Positions 1 to 10,231 of a stretch of 64,000 nt of DNA are shown here, piece after piece. The notes under the pieces were generated by a model, which worked only from the letters and a program-made list of their open reading frames with translations, ran no database searches and had not been told where the DNA came from. Source of the stretch: a virus (taxonomy: Duplodnaviria > Heunggongvirae > Uroviricota > Caudoviricetes). Positions within the stretch are counted from its first letter, which is position 1. Each line of letters starts with the position of its first letter. The stretch lies in IMG/VR virus record IMGVR_UViG_2799112923_000001; one strand, 5' to 3'. The position numbers and the translations under genes are program-made.

Positions 1-354
1 TTTCCTCGGAGCGAAGCTCAACTCAATGCAGTTATCGGTAGAGGGATAGCCATTTTGCCAAATAGTTCGGTGGCATCGGAATGTAAGAACATCGTAGTTT
101 GGATTAGCAACCCAAACATATAGCCGCTTTGGTAGAATAGAATGTAGCTGGAGTACAGGAAAACCGACCCATAAGTCTATTCGTAAATCCCACAGAAGTT
201 GATACTTATACTTTATACAAAAAAGAAGGTATCTCAAGTTCTAGTTGACCTAACTAGGCTTGAAGTATCCTCTTACCATTACCAAAAAAGAATTCATTAA
301 AAATCATTTTTGAGTTTATCTCAAAAATGATTTTGTTTGCGTTAGCAAACATAC

Positions 355-699
355 TTATTCTAAAAATTCTTCTATTGATTCTTTCTTATATTCTTTGAAT
401 GATATTAAATATGGATCTTCTCTATACACACTCTCAAAAGAAATTAGAGTGCACTTTAAAATATCGTCTGTATTAGAAAGAAATCCATTAAAATGAGTCT
501 GAAAAGAACTTTCTTCTTTTTTAATAGATTTAGTGAAATTAGTTAGATATGGGTCATTTTCTATTGTACTCTCAAATAATAACAACTGAGATTTAAGTTC
601 ATCAGTTGTATTTGATAATGAACCATAAAATGAAGTTTTGATTTGATTATTATTTTCCATATTATTATTGAATAATTGTTTGTTATTTATTATATTCAA
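355..699 (-). CDS. Hypothetical protein with an internal ~37 aa duplication
   Basis: ORF track. Two copies: F-x-G-x-LSNT-x-D-x-LK...FES...DPYL. The only plausible minus-strand gene; start uncertain. Confidence 0.4.
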   Translation of the reverse strand: MNIINNKQLFNNNMENNNQIKTSFYGSLSNTTDELKSQLLLFESTIENDPYLTNFTKSIKKEESSFQTHFNGFLSNTDDILKCTLISFESVYREDPYLISFKEYKKESIEEFLE

Positions 700-727
700 C
701 TTATAAACTCAAAAAGGATAAAAAACT

Positions 728-1567
728 ATGTTATATGAAGAAATGAGAAGTTATTGCTATCGTCATGGCAGATGGGATGAAGAACATAAGTTTGATAAAC
801 GAAGTTCAGGTATCAGTAAAGAAGAATTTAAAGATTTTTTAACCAGTCATAATTTTACTAAAGATAGCTGGGGAACATGGGATAATGGAACGATTAAGAT
901 TAGTTCAATTAACTCAGGTTATAATGAAGGAACAATATATGAAATTGCCCACATACAGTTCAAGAATAGTAAGACTGATGCTTGTTTGAAGTATGAAGGA
1001 AAAAGTTTTGGTGAATACATTTTTGATTTGTATGTAAAGAATTATACAGATTATTATACAAAGGGTATGGATGCTACAAGGTATCAGTTTACCGGTGATT
1101 CAAATTTATGGAAGGAATTTTTCTTTAAAGAATTTGAAATAGCCATAGATAAATTAAATACCAAATGGGCATTGAAACATAAGAAAGATAAAATCGCAGA
1201 TAATCTACAACAGATTGAAAATGAGATAGATTATGCGATTGAAGAAGTAGCAGATGAATTAAAGCAATATAATATCAAGTTAGAAACAACTAACAATGAA
1301 ATTGCGTCAACCACATTAACATACAGATTTTCAAAAGATATTAAAGCCCGAATACATTTACCTTGTATAATCATTCGTAAACTGAAGAATGGTAAAAATA
1401 CAATGTGTTATCGTGATTATAATACTTATGATAATGATTTTTCTGTTTGGAAGAAAGTAAAAGATGGCACAACACCTGACGAAATCAAGCAGTTCATTAA
1501 AGATTATTTTGAACCTTGGTACGGGTTAAAAGATATTTACATTAAGAAACCTGGGTTTGTTGACTAA
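728..1567 (+). CDS. Hypothetical protein
   Basis: 279 aa ORF with AAGGA SD upstream. Confidence 0.8.
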   Translation: MLYEEMRSYCYRHGRWDEEHKFDKRSSGISKEEFKDFLTSHNFTKDSWGTWDNGTIKISSINSGYNEGTIYEIAHIQFKNSKTDACLKYEGKSFGEYIFDLYVKNYTDYYTKGMDATRYQFTGDSNLWKEFFFKEFEIAIDKLNTKWALKHKKDKIADNLQQIENEIDYAIEEVADELKQYNIKLETTNNEIASTTLTYRFSKDIKARIHLPCIIIRKLKNGKNTMCYRDYNTYDNDFSVWKKVKDGTTPDEIKQFIKDYFEPWYGLKDIYIKKPGFVD

Positions 1568-1579
1568 AATTTACATATT

Positions 1580-1644
1580 TGTAAACAAAAATTTACATAA
1601 AAAGGCAGTTGTTATATTGACAACTGCCATATTTTTATCTATAT
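1580..1644 (+). promoter_or_regulatory. Sigma70-type promoter with upstream TGTAAA-N6-TTTACA palindrome
   Basis: Palindrome 1580-1597, TTGACA at 1617, TATATT 17 nt later. Confidence 0.8.
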
Positions 1645-1678
1645 TTACTATGTAAAACAATCAAACAAGAGGTAACAC

Positions 1679-1837
1679 ATGAACGAATATATCCCCGCTG
1701 GCTTTAAGAGTTGGACTGAATACAACCGAGTTCAGGAAAAGAAGGCAAAGAGAAAATACATTCTCCAGGGAATTGCGGGAATGTTGGTTTTCTTTGGTGC
1801 TATTGCTCTTGATGGTATCACCACCCTTTACATGTAA
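1679..1837 (+). CDS. Small membrane protein (52 aa, not in ORF track)
   Basis: AGAGGT SD; MNEYIPAG...ILQGIAGMLVFFGAIALDGITTLYM has a hydrophobic C-terminus. Confidence 0.7.
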   Translation: MNEYIPAGFKSWTEYNRVQEKKAKRKYILQGIAGMLVFFGAIALDGITTLYM

Positions 1838-1851
1838 TGGAGGTACAAACA

Positions 1852-2187
1852 ATGGATAACAATGAAATTTCTTTCCGTTCTATCAAACCTTATTCAATGA
1901 CAGAACTCCGCCGCTATAATCGTACAACTGCTGAACAGAAGCGGAAGGACGAAATTGACGCATATCTCAATAACATCAATTACAAAATCTTTACGGCCTG
2001 GACTGAAAGCGAAGTAGACCGAGTAACTATTGACCTGGATAATAATTTGTACGATAGTTACAAGCTCAAGAAAGAACTCAAAGAATTGGGTTATGAAATT
2101 GAATTACATCGTGAAATTGACAGTTACACCCGTAATCTTGTTCCTGTAACGATGGTGGTAAAATTCCCTGAACAGAAGGAGGCATAA
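1852..2187 (+). CDS. Hypothetical protein
   Basis: GGAGG SD before ATG 1852. Confidence 0.75.
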   Translation: MDNNEISFRSIKPYSMTELRRYNRTTAEQKRKDEIDAYLNNINYKIFTAWTESEVDRVTIDLDNNLYDSYKLKKELKELGYEIELHREIDSYTRNLVPVTMVVKFPEQKEA

Positions 2188-2190
2188 ACT

Positions 2191-2274
2191 ATGGAACAGT
2201 ACATTCTTGACATCGCATTTGTTATTACAGGTTTCGTTATTGGTTATATCGTGAGAGGTATGAAGAATGGCTAA
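2191..2274 (+). CDS. Small membrane peptide (27 aa)
   Basis: AAGGAGG SD; MEQYILDIAFVITGFVIGYIVRGMKNG. Confidence 0.6.
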   Translation: MEQYILDIAFVITGFVIGYIVRGMKNG

Positions 2275-2584
2275 AAGACATCGTAGAACCAAAGCAGAAA
2301 TGATTGCTTACAGGGCACAAAAGGCGGAAAAGAAGGCTCAAAAGTATCTTAACAAGATTAACAAGAAGAAAGAAGAAAATCCGCAGGTTATCGGTATGCG
2401 ACCAGTGAACTATCAGGTCACAGATCCCAATGACCCAAACACATACGATTTTTGTGATTTCGTTGGAACAGAAGAAGAAGTCAATTCTTTTATGAAGAAG
2501 CACCCTGAGTATGATTTTGTTGGTAATGCTCCATATTTGTACGAAGGTAATAAGTTCCGAATCACTTACTGGAAGAAAAAGTAA
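2267..2584 (+). CDS. Hypothetical basic protein
   Basis: ORF track; GAGG SD. Confidence 0.75.
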   Translation: MAKRHRRTKAEMIAYRAQKAEKKAQKYLNKINKKKEENPQVIGMRPVNYQVTDPNDPNTYDFCDFVGTEEEVNSFMKKHPEYDFVGNAPYLYEGNKFRITYWKKK

Positions 2585-2585
2585 A

Positions 2586-3125
2586 ATGTTTACATTATCA
2601 CACCCAATTAAAAGTATTAAAAGGAGTACGAATATGGGTCTGTATAACAAACTATCAAAGATTGAACAACTGATTGAAGCGAACACAAAGATTTCTTATT
2701 GGGCCTGGACAGAAGGTTGGATTTCTGTTGAACAGCTCCCTGATAAGATGCGTGAATGTATGATTCAGTTTGGTTACAAGAAAGACGCTCCACTTTTCGG
2801 TGTTCATGTTCGCTCTCCAGGAAAAAATAATGGTGGTGATACAACTGTTTACGATTTGATTTACATTTCGCCTGGTAAAGATGATAATGCTAAGTGGACC
2901 GATTTGCTCTATAAAGATGTTGATAGGGACTGGCGTTATACTGTTATGTTCAACCACAATAACAATATGACTGAAGAATTGAAAAAAGAAAATGATGGTA
3001 AACTAGAAAAATGTTATAATACATTAAGCAAACTGTTTGCTTTCCTTAACATTTACATTCGCCATCGTGAAGAACTTGTTCAGTTGGTAAACATTGAATA
3101 CGATCAGTTGGAAGATTTAAAATGA
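2586..3125 (+). CDS. Hypothetical protein, paralog of 3888..4409
   Basis: IKRSTNMGLYNKLSKI resembles IKRAFNMGIYGKIQKI. Confidence 0.75.
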   Translation: MFTLSHPIKSIKRSTNMGLYNKLSKIEQLIEANTKISYWAWTEGWISVEQLPDKMRECMIQFGYKKDAPLFGVHVRSPGKNNGGDTTVYDLIYISPGKDDNAKWTDLLYKDVDRDWRYTVMFNHNNNMTEELKKENDGKLEKCYNTLSKLFAFLNIYIRHREELVQLVNIEYDQLEDLK

Positions 3126-3511
3126 AACCTTGGAATAGTGCATACAGAAATAATGTGAAAGAAATTTTAACATGGATAAAGAATAAACAATTATTCCCAA
3201 ATGTTTATCTTGAAGGATATTCAAACGAATGGATTGGATGCGACATTATCTGTAAAATAGGTGCTAGTCATCATATTGTGATCTGGTGTTGTACGGGTGA
3301 ATATACACATGACCGAAAGTCAAGACCATTTTATGTTATTCGTTATGAAAAGAACAATGAATGTAACAGATATGAAGTATTTAATTTAAAACAGATTTAC
3401 AAATTCTTTGAACTATCCAAAGATATTGGTTATAAGAATGCTGGTGAATATATTGACAAACAAACTAAATTAATAAATGAACAATTAAAAATTTCAAAGG
3501 ATTTTGAATGA
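3122..3511 (+). CDS. xxDF-tail family protein
   Basis: Ends ISKDFE. Confidence 0.8.
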   Translation: MKPWNSAYRNNVKEILTWIKNKQLFPNVYLEGYSNEWIGCDIICKIGASHHIVIWCCTGEYTHDRKSRPFYVIRYEKNNECNRYEVFNLKQIYKFFELSKDIGYKNAGEYIDKQTKLINEQLKISKDFE

Positions 3512-3888
3512 AACCTTCAGTCAGTGCTATAAAAGAGAACATAAAATTTGTTCGTGATTTTATGGATAAAGAAAATATCAAATATGATATTACATTCCAA
3601 CATCCAACCAGTTTTATGTGTGAAGTGCGAGGATATTCAGTAACTTTTTGTGTTCACATTGAATTAGAGAAGTATTTTGAAATTCGGAATTCAAAAATAA
3701 AATACAGAATTGGAAGGTGGTGCGGGTGTCCAGGACCATTTTTTGAGTTCACCACAAACAGAAGATGGGAAAGTACATATTTTTTACGAACAATAAAACA
3801 TCTCGGCATAGAAGAAGGTGTTAAGTTTTTTGAGAAATTATCTAAACGAAAAGAGATGATTTCAGCAATAAAAGAGGATTTTGAATAA
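3508..3888 (+). CDS. xxDF-tail family protein
   Basis: Ends IKEDFE. Confidence 0.8.
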   Translation: MKPSVSAIKENIKFVRDFMDKENIKYDITFQHPTSFMCEVRGYSVTFCVHIELEKYFEIRNSKIKYRIGRWCGCPGPFFEFTTNRRWESTYFLRTIKHLGIEEGVKFFEKLSKRKEMISAIKEDFE

Positions 3889-4409
3889 TGTTAGAAACAA
3901 TTAAGAGGGCATTTAATATGGGAATTTATGGAAAAATTCAAAAGATAACAGACTGGTTAGACCAAAAATATAACATTACTAACTGTTGGGTAAATTTTTC
4001 ATACACAGTTAAGAATTTTCCAAAAGACTTTAGGGAGACGTGTTATTATATTGGACTAAAAGATGCGGACACCATTTTTGCCATTAATTACAAATTCACA
4101 AATGGAAAACAGTATACATTGGTCGCATTATCCCCACCAATGGATGAAAAATGTAAGACTGACGATTATAGTGTAATTTTTAAGCGAAACTATTGGCAGT
4201 TCCAAAGTAGATGGTTTGAAACATTTGATGAAAATCTTTATATAAAAGAAAAGAATCCCCATAAGCAGGTGGAAGAACAGATTGAAAATATCTTTATTCA
4301 TTTACAGAATTTTTGCCAAACCATAGAATTACTGACAAAACAGCTCAAAGCCATGCCCACATTACAGAAAATTGAAACAGATTTCACGAAAACAACGGAA
4401 GAAGTGTAA
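3888..4409 (+). CDS. xxDF-tail family protein
   Basis: IETDF near the C-terminus. Confidence 0.8.
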   Translation: MLETIKRAFNMGIYGKIQKITDWLDQKYNITNCWVNFSYTVKNFPKDFRETCYYIGLKDADTIFAINYKFTNGKQYTLVALSPPMDEKCKTDDYSVIFKRNYWQFQSRWFETFDENLYIKEKNPHKQVEEQIENIFIHLQNFCQTIELLTKQLKAMPTLQKIETDFTKTTEEV

Positions 4410-4545
4410 ATTTTTGTAAACATTGGGGTTTGTAAACTTCTTTTTACACAAAAATGTAAGAAAATGGTTGACGAACTGCGTGGAATAAACTATATTTACT
4501 ATGTAAACGAAATTGAGCCATTAACAACAACAAGAGAGGTAAACT

Positions 4546-5319
4546 ATGGCAAAGAACAACAACAACACCAAGATTTCCACCATCAACGCTGAAACTCGTA
4601 CCCACTACGAACCGCTCCCCATCACCGACGAGGAACACGCAGATATCCAGGCTCGCCTGATGAAGCATGGTCTTTGTATCAAGCAGGGTAAGAAGCATGC
4701 CCGTGTGTATCGTTTCAAGGGTTGGAAGAACAAGAAGATGCTCACTAGCCCGGACTTCGTCTATGTTATCCAGGCGGATGACTACCGTGCTAACCCGGAT
4801 GGTGTGATTGCCGAATGTGTTGCGAAGTCCGAACAGGTCTTTACGAAGAAGACCAAGAAGGTCAAGAATGCTGAATATGAACGCAACATGTTCAAGGTAG
4901 AAGAAAAGCTGCTCATGGAACACGGCATCAAGATGCAGTGGAAGGTTTCAAAGCATGCGATTTTCAAGCAGGTGGCTCACATTTGTACAGACCGAAAGGT
5001 TCTTGAGGTTCTTGACGAATACGCAAAGAACAACGGCCCATTTGTAACGAACCATCTCCGTGCCACGAAGGACGGAAAGCACCTGGAAATTTTCCGCAAG
5101 CTGATCCGTATCTTTGAAGAATTTGAAAAGGATGTTCCTGATTACGATTGGCACTCCTTCCGCTATATCACAAAGAATGGCAAGGTAGTGTGTGCCTACT
5201 CTACTGTGGACATGACAAAGATTAAGAATGTGGCATTTGCCCGTGGTATCAACGATAAGTTTGATTTCAACCTGAACATCAACAACTATGTGAACGACGT
5301 TCTCGGAATCACGAAGTAA
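4546..5319 (+). CDS. Hypothetical early protein
   Basis: Own promoter (TTGACG 4468), GAGAGGT SD, terminator-like hairpin downstream. Confidence 0.85.
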   Translation: MAKNNNNTKISTINAETRTHYEPLPITDEEHADIQARLMKHGLCIKQGKKHARVYRFKGWKNKKMLTSPDFVYVIQADDYRANPDGVIAECVAKSEQVFTKKTKKVKNAEYERNMFKVEEKLLMEHGIKMQWKVSKHAIFKQVAHICTDRKVLEVLDEYAKNNGPFVTNHLRATKDGKHLEIFRKLIRIFEEFEKDVPDYDWHSFRYITKNGKVVCAYSTVDMTKIKNVAFARGINDKFDFNLNINNYVNDVLGITK

Positions 5320-5392
5320 ATCCTGCATGCCGGGTTTGGGCGAACTAACTCGCCCATTCCCATTTTTTATTTTCAACTCAAGGAGATAAGTA

Positions 5393-5815
5393 ATGTTTAA
5401 GAAGATTTTGTTTGTAATGATTGTTATGTTGTTCATTGGTTGCGATTTTGATTTTACTAATAAGACTGCGGATATTCCGTCTGGTTCTTCTGTAACCACA
5501 ACTGTTCTTGATACTTCTTCTGTTGTGCCGGATAGTATCGTGGTAAAATTCATTAAGCAGTTCAATGAATTTAACACTGACACCAGTTGTTCTATCGTGG
5601 ATATTGAATCCAGGAATTGTTTCGGACATGAACGAGGCTCATTTACAGATATTTTAGTGAAGTGCTACAGTTTATCTAATTACGAATTTCCACAGAATGT
5701 AGAGGTCTTTTATAAAGAACAGTCTGTAACAGATATGCGACCTGAACATGGTAAGTTAGTAAGAGTATCATTTACACGATATACAAATCAAAAATGTGTT
5801 TATGTGGAGGACTAA
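5393..5815 (+). CDS. Putative lipoprotein
   Basis: MFKKILFVMIVMLFIGC signal peptide with lipobox-like Cys. Confidence 0.65.
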   Translation: MFKKILFVMIVMLFIGCDFDFTNKTADIPSGSSVTTTVLDTSSVVPDSIVVKFIKQFNEFNTDTSCSIVDIESRNCFGHERGSFTDILVKCYSLSNYEFPQNVEVFYKEQSVTDMRPEHGKLVRVSFTRYTNQKCVYVED

Positions 5816-6034
5816 ATGGCACGTGATGTTGAACGATTGGATCCGCTCTATGAATATCTAAAGCAAGTTCATAAGCAGAATTTTCCTGATTGGAGATTTA
5901 TGCAGTTTATGAAAAATTTTATGGATTGGTATGGTGCAGATCCGTTTTATATGGAAGATGACAAGGTCTATGACCGAGTGGAAAAATTTCTTCAGCATTT
6001 GAAAGTACAAAATTCTTTTGTAAAGAAAATTTAA
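5816..6034 (+). CDS. Hypothetical phage protein
   Basis: GGAGG SD; PDWRFMQ motif. Confidence 0.75.
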   Translation: MARDVERLDPLYEYLKQVHKQNFPDWRFMQFMKNFMDWYGADPFYMEDDKVYDRVEKFLQHLKVQNSFVKKI

Positions 6035-6098
6035 TTTGACAAAGAAAAAATAAAATACTATATTAAACTAAAACATTTTAACTAATGAGGTAAAAAAT

Positions 6099-7112
6099 AT
6101 GATTTACGAAAAAGGTCAGGAACCAACAAACATTATTGAAAATTTTGAAGAATGGACTCTTGATGACCCAAATCCAGGCCGTCAGGAATTCTTTGCTGAA
6201 GTCATGTCGGCTCTTGAAAACAACGAATCCGGTTACGCATCATTCTCAGTTGGTGTTCCAATGGACCGTGGTGTTGGTGGCTATTTCACTAACACTCTGG
6301 CACTAGACCAGATCAATTTGCCCCGTATTGCTACTGCGGATTTTGCCACACAAACTATCAAATTCCACGATGAAGAAGTGGATGAAGAATTTATGAAGGA
6401 AAATCCTGATTACGAACCAATTACTGCTGACAGAGCATTTGCGATTTTCGTACACGAAGCATGCCACTTCCTCCATTTCTCCCGTGATGGTGGCGAATTT
6501 ACTAGCCCATTGATGAAGGGCAAGGTTTACACTATGAATGAATTAGTTCATAGTCCAAAAGTCAGACGAGAAGCAGAATTTGAAGCTGGCTATCGTTCTG
6601 TAAAGTATAATGCTATGCTCCGTCTTTACCCAGAGGGTGACCGCACTATTCTTGAAACGAATCTACACAATATGATGAATTACGATAAACCAAATCAGTC
6701 CCGTGAATGGTTTGACAAATATCGTAAGATTGTAGAACCCTGGCTCAAGGACGCCAAGGACGAAAATGGTGATTACATCATTGACGATAAGGGCGAAATC
6801 GTTAAGTCAGGCGAAATTGCGGAAGAACATAAGAAAGATTACGAAAATTTCTTTGATAGTTTGTTCGCAAAGGTAGAAAAGTTTACTGAATGGGCTGATC
6901 CAAAACACGAAATCAAGGGAGTTATGGATTACGAACTTCCCGAAGTAGTCAAGCCTGACCAGGATGTGGAAAAAGAAAAGGCCATTAAGTTGCTCCGTTC
7001 AATGGGCTACAATGTTTCTCTTCCAGGTGAAGATACAGTTGATACCATTGGTGGAACGATTGGCAAGGCCATTGGTGGCATTAAGAATCTTATTACGGGA
7101 GGCAAGCAGTAA
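6099..7112 (+). CDS. HExxH zinc-metallopeptidase-like protein
   Basis: FVHEACHFLH with a downstream E (EAEFEA). Confidence 0.55.
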   Translation: MIYEKGQEPTNIIENFEEWTLDDPNPGRQEFFAEVMSALENNESGYASFSVGVPMDRGVGGYFTNTLALDQINLPRIATADFATQTIKFHDEEVDEEFMKENPDYEPITADRAFAIFVHEACHFLHFSRDGGEFTSPLMKGKVYTMNELVHSPKVRREAEFEAGYRSVKYNAMLRLYPEGDRTILETNLHNMMNYDKPNQSREWFDKYRKIVEPWLKDAKDENGDYIIDDKGEIVKSGEIAEEHKKDYENFFDSLFAKVEKFTEWADPKHEIKGVMDYELPEVVKPDQDVEKEKAIKLLRSMGYNVSLPGEDTVDTIGGTIGKAIGGIKNLITGGKQ

Positions 7113-7366
7113 TGGTATTGACCTTACAAATTATTCTTTTGCTAATTCAGTTAACTGAATTTCTTATTCCAAAATTTATTCCAAAGAAGTTCTTAATTCC
7201 AAATTTCAAAGCACAGATTATTCTATCTTTAGTTTGTTCTGTTGGATTTGGATTTGAACATTCAGTGTTTGGATGCATCATTTATTTTATGGTGTTTGGA
7301 ATAGTCAGTTATCGTTTAAGCAAGGAAATTGAAAAAACCAAGGAGATTGAAAATGAAAATCATTAA
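7112..7366 (+). CDS. Membrane protein
   Basis: Two to three hydrophobic segments. Confidence 0.65.
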   Translation: MVLTLQIILLLIQLTEFLIPKFIPKKFLIPNFKAQIILSLVCSVGFGFEHSVFGCIIYFMVFGIVSYRLSKEIEKTKEIENENH

Positions 7367-8417
7367 GGCCGACCCAACAGTAGAACCATCTATCCAGCTC
7401 GCAAGTAATCTAAACAATTCTATCTTTCTTGCGGGTCCATGTCCACGAAAGGATTATACAAATGATTGGCGAAACAAGGCATTTGAAATTCTTGAAAAGC
7501 TGGGATTTGATGGAAATGTGATTACACCAACGAATGACCGCTTTCCTGAACTGCGTGAAAAGTTTGGTAAGGAAGCACTGCGTATTCAAACAGAATGGGA
7601 AACGATTGCGATGAAGAAGGCATCAGCCATTGTGTTCTGGGTTGATAGGCACATTGAAGCAGGTTTCCCAGCATTCACTACCAACATTGAATTTGGTGAT
7701 TGGTATAACAAGCCAGGTGTATATTGTGGTTTCCCTGATGATGCGGAAAAGAACGATTATCTTAAACTTCGTTTGGAACAAGAAAAGATTGAGTACTGGA
7801 CTGATCTTGAACAAATGCTTACTGCCGTTGTAAACAAACTCAATGGCAAGTCAAATACTTGGTTCACATCTGATACACATTTCTCCCAGCAGAGAACATT
7901 GGAACTTTCTCGCAGACCATTCATTGATGTAAATCAGATGGACCTGACGATGATTTCTAACTGGAATAAGAAAGTTACAATGAATGATATTGTGTTCCAC
8001 GCAGGGGATTTCGGTGATATTTCTACAATGAAGGATATTCTTTCTTGTTTGAATTTCAAAACTCTTTATTTTGTGTTGGGCAATTATGACCGAAAGATTA
8101 AGGACGAAGTAGAAAAGGTTGTTAGTGAATTGCCAGATCGTGAAATTATCATTTCTTCCAAGGCAGAATTTGATTACAACGATAAACATTATTATGTTGT
8201 TCACGAACCTGACGAAGGAACAGAAACTCCTGAATATCCAAAGAACATTGTTTTGTATGGGCATATTCACGGGCGCAGTTTCGCAAAACAGAATGGTTTT
8301 GATTTGGCAACAGATTACCACAATTACACCCCGATTTCTATGGAACAGGTTGCGTGGTTTGCTAATGCTATTCAGTATTGGGATAACAATGTTTTCTGTA
8401 CCAAGGCTAGTGTGTAA
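7353..8417 (+). CDS. Nucleoside 2-deoxyribosyltransferase-like domain fused to a calcineurin-like metallophosphoesterase
   Basis: N-terminus IFLAGP...WE...IVFW...TTNIEFG; C-terminus SDTH, GDFG, GNYD, GHIH. Confidence 0.75.
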   Translation: MKIIKADPTVEPSIQLASNLNNSIFLAGPCPRKDYTNDWRNKAFEILEKLGFDGNVITPTNDRFPELREKFGKEALRIQTEWETIAMKKASAIVFWVDRHIEAGFPAFTTNIEFGDWYNKPGVYCGFPDDAEKNDYLKLRLEQEKIEYWTDLEQMLTAVVNKLNGKSNTWFTSDTHFSQQRTLELSRRPFIDVNQMDLTMISNWNKKVTMNDIVFHAGDFGDISTMKDILSCLNFKTLYFVLGNYDRKIKDEVEKVVSELPDREIIISSKAEFDYNDKHYYVVHEPDEGTETPEYPKNIVLYGHIHGRSFAKQNGFDLATDYHNYTPISMEQVAWFANAIQYWDNNVFCTKASV

Positions 8418-8525
8418 ATAAAATTTTACAATTATTTTTCAATTACCCATTGACAAATACAGTATATAATTCTATATTATACACACAAACAGAAAACAAC
8501 AACAATCCACAAAGGAGTTAATACT

Positions 8526-8798
8526 ATGATTAATATGCTTCACGATGATTTCATTGACCAGGCCCGCCACTACATTCAGGAAATTACTGCTCTCCGTAAG
8601 AGCGGTAAGGCAGTGGAAGCAGCCAAGAAGAATCTTGAATTTGCCCAGTTCAAGGTGGGGTATTATGAACAGTTCGTTGATGAAGACGCTCCGGCATCAA
8701 ACTATTCCAAGATTTACGATGACGAATATAGCAAGGCACTTCGTGGATTGGCAGTAGCCCGAGACGAATGTATGGATTTGGGCATTTACGAAAAGTAA
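8526..8798 (+). CDS. Hypothetical early protein
   Basis: Promoter TTGACA 8450; AAGGAG SD. Confidence 0.8.
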   Translation: MINMLHDDFIDQARHYIQEITALRKSGKAVEAAKKNLEFAQFKVGYYEQFVDEDAPASNYSKIYDDEYSKALRGLAVARDECMDLGIYEK

Positions 8799-9024
8799 AT
8801 TGCTAGACTAATACGTCTCCTGGGCGACCTTGGCACATGCTGGGGTCGCCTTAGTTGTTTTATGGGCAAATGGTATAACCACACCACTAAATCTAACTGG
8901 GGCTTGTACGTCAAATACTGGGCATCCTTGTGTAAACATTCTTTTACAATAATTTTAATCTTTTTTATTGACAACTGAGTTAAATAATGCTATATTATTA
9001 GTGTTAAAAAAAGAGGTAATGAAT

Positions 9025-9264
9025 ATGTTTACAAAAGCAAATGAAATCGCAACACTCACCAAGAAGTTCAACGAAATCAATAAGCAGCAGAAGGGCTCTC
9101 GTTCCTATTGCCAAATTGTAGGATTTGAAGAATTTGATAAGAAGGAAAACGGTGCGACCTGTGCCATTCATTTCCACGAATCCATTCACGGTATGGAACG
9201 TAATAGCAAATTTGAATTTCTTGATGAAAATCATATTGTTCAGTATCTCAAGGCTCACACCTAA
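9025..9264 (+). CDS. Hypothetical early protein
   Basis: Promoter TTGACA 8968; GAGG SD. Confidence 0.7.
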   Translation: MFTKANEIATLTKKFNEINKQQKGSRSYCQIVGFEEFDKKENGATCAIHFHESIHGMERNSKFEFLDENHIVQYLKAHT

Positions 9265-9277
9265 TTTGGAGGCAACA

Positions 9278-9727
9278 ATGTACACAGAAATTTTCCAGAT
9301 GCTCGTTGATAATCACGCACTGATTATTGAACGAATTAACCAACACATTAATACAATGGAAAGTCTGATTAAGATAGCTGAAAATACTCTCAACAATTTC
9401 CGTTGTGGTTGTGTGGTTGCTAATTGCCCTCGTAAACCTGAAGAATTTGAATTTTACATTGACCGAGATTTGAAGTCCATCAAAGAAGCCAATAAGATTA
9501 AAGAAGATTATGTAAATGGAATAATTGAATTGTTTAAGCAGGTTAAGAATGATTACAAATTCATCGCACCTAGTCAGTGGGTGAATTATGTTTACACAGC
9601 ATCTGATGCTCTCAATTTGTACAACATTAAAACCTGCTACCAGCGTTCTTACATTGAAAAGATTGCAGCTCTCCAGACGGAAGTTTGGAACAAAACAGAA
9701 AAGTGGTTCACCATTAACAAGGAGTAA
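9278..9727 (+). CDS. Hypothetical protein
   Basis: GGAGG SD before ATG 9278. Confidence 0.75.
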   Translation: MYTEIFQMLVDNHALIIERINQHINTMESLIKIAENTLNNFRCGCVVANCPRKPEEFEFYIDRDLKSIKEANKIKEDYVNGIIELFKQVKNDYKFIAPSQWVNYVYTASDALNLYNIKTCYQRSYIEKIAALQTEVWNKTEKWFTINKE

Positions 9728-9731
9728 TAAT

Positions 9732-9974
9732 ATGGTATTTGAATTAGCCGCTCGTTTTGACGCAAGAAAGTCTTTCTATGGAAAGGCCCAAGTTGAAGAT
9801 ACAACAGAAGGGGTTTTTCTTTATTCCTATAATCGTAATGTAGCAAAGATTATCGGCGGTCAGCTTATTCTTTGCCCCGATTGGAATTACTCACAAACTA
9901 CTCGCAGACATGTAAAAGAATTTTGTAAGCAGTATGATGTGGAAGAACAGTACAACGAATTAAGGAGAGGTTAA
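9732..9974 (+). CDS. Hypothetical phage protein
   Basis: AAGGAG SD; RKSFYGKA and YSQTTRRHVKEF motifs. Confidence 0.75.
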   Translation: MVFELAARFDARKSFYGKAQVEDTTEGVFLYSYNRNVAKIIGGQLILCPDWNYSQTTRRHVKEFCKQYDVEEQYNELRRG

Positions 9975-9975
9975 T

Positions 9976-10230
9976 ATGTTTGTAGAAATTAAGCAGCACG
10001 AAAAGCCATTAGTTTTGAACATTGACAAGATTGAAGCCATTGTTCCCATTACTGACGATTTGTTCAGGGTTCAATGTGAACGCGGTTCATACGAAGTAAA
10101 CAAGAACGCAGTTAAGATTTTGAAGCAGAAGATGGGATTGATTGGAACACAACAGAATACCCAGATTGAACAATATAACCAGTTGGTTGCTTCATTGGGA
10201 ACTAAGGGACCGCGTATTCAAAAGGCATAA
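9976..10230 (+). CDS. Hypothetical protein
   Basis: ORF track; GAGG SD. Confidence 0.7.
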   Translation: MFVEIKQHEKPLVLNIDKIEAIVPITDDLFRVQCERGSYEVNKNAVKILKQKMGLIGTQQNTQIEQYNQLVASLGTKGPRIQKA

Positions 10231-10231
10231 A

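Noticed and set aside
1-270. IS200/IS605 omega/HEARO RNA
   Set aside because: Only a GTCAAC-containing hairpin; no IscB/TnpB ORF in the window
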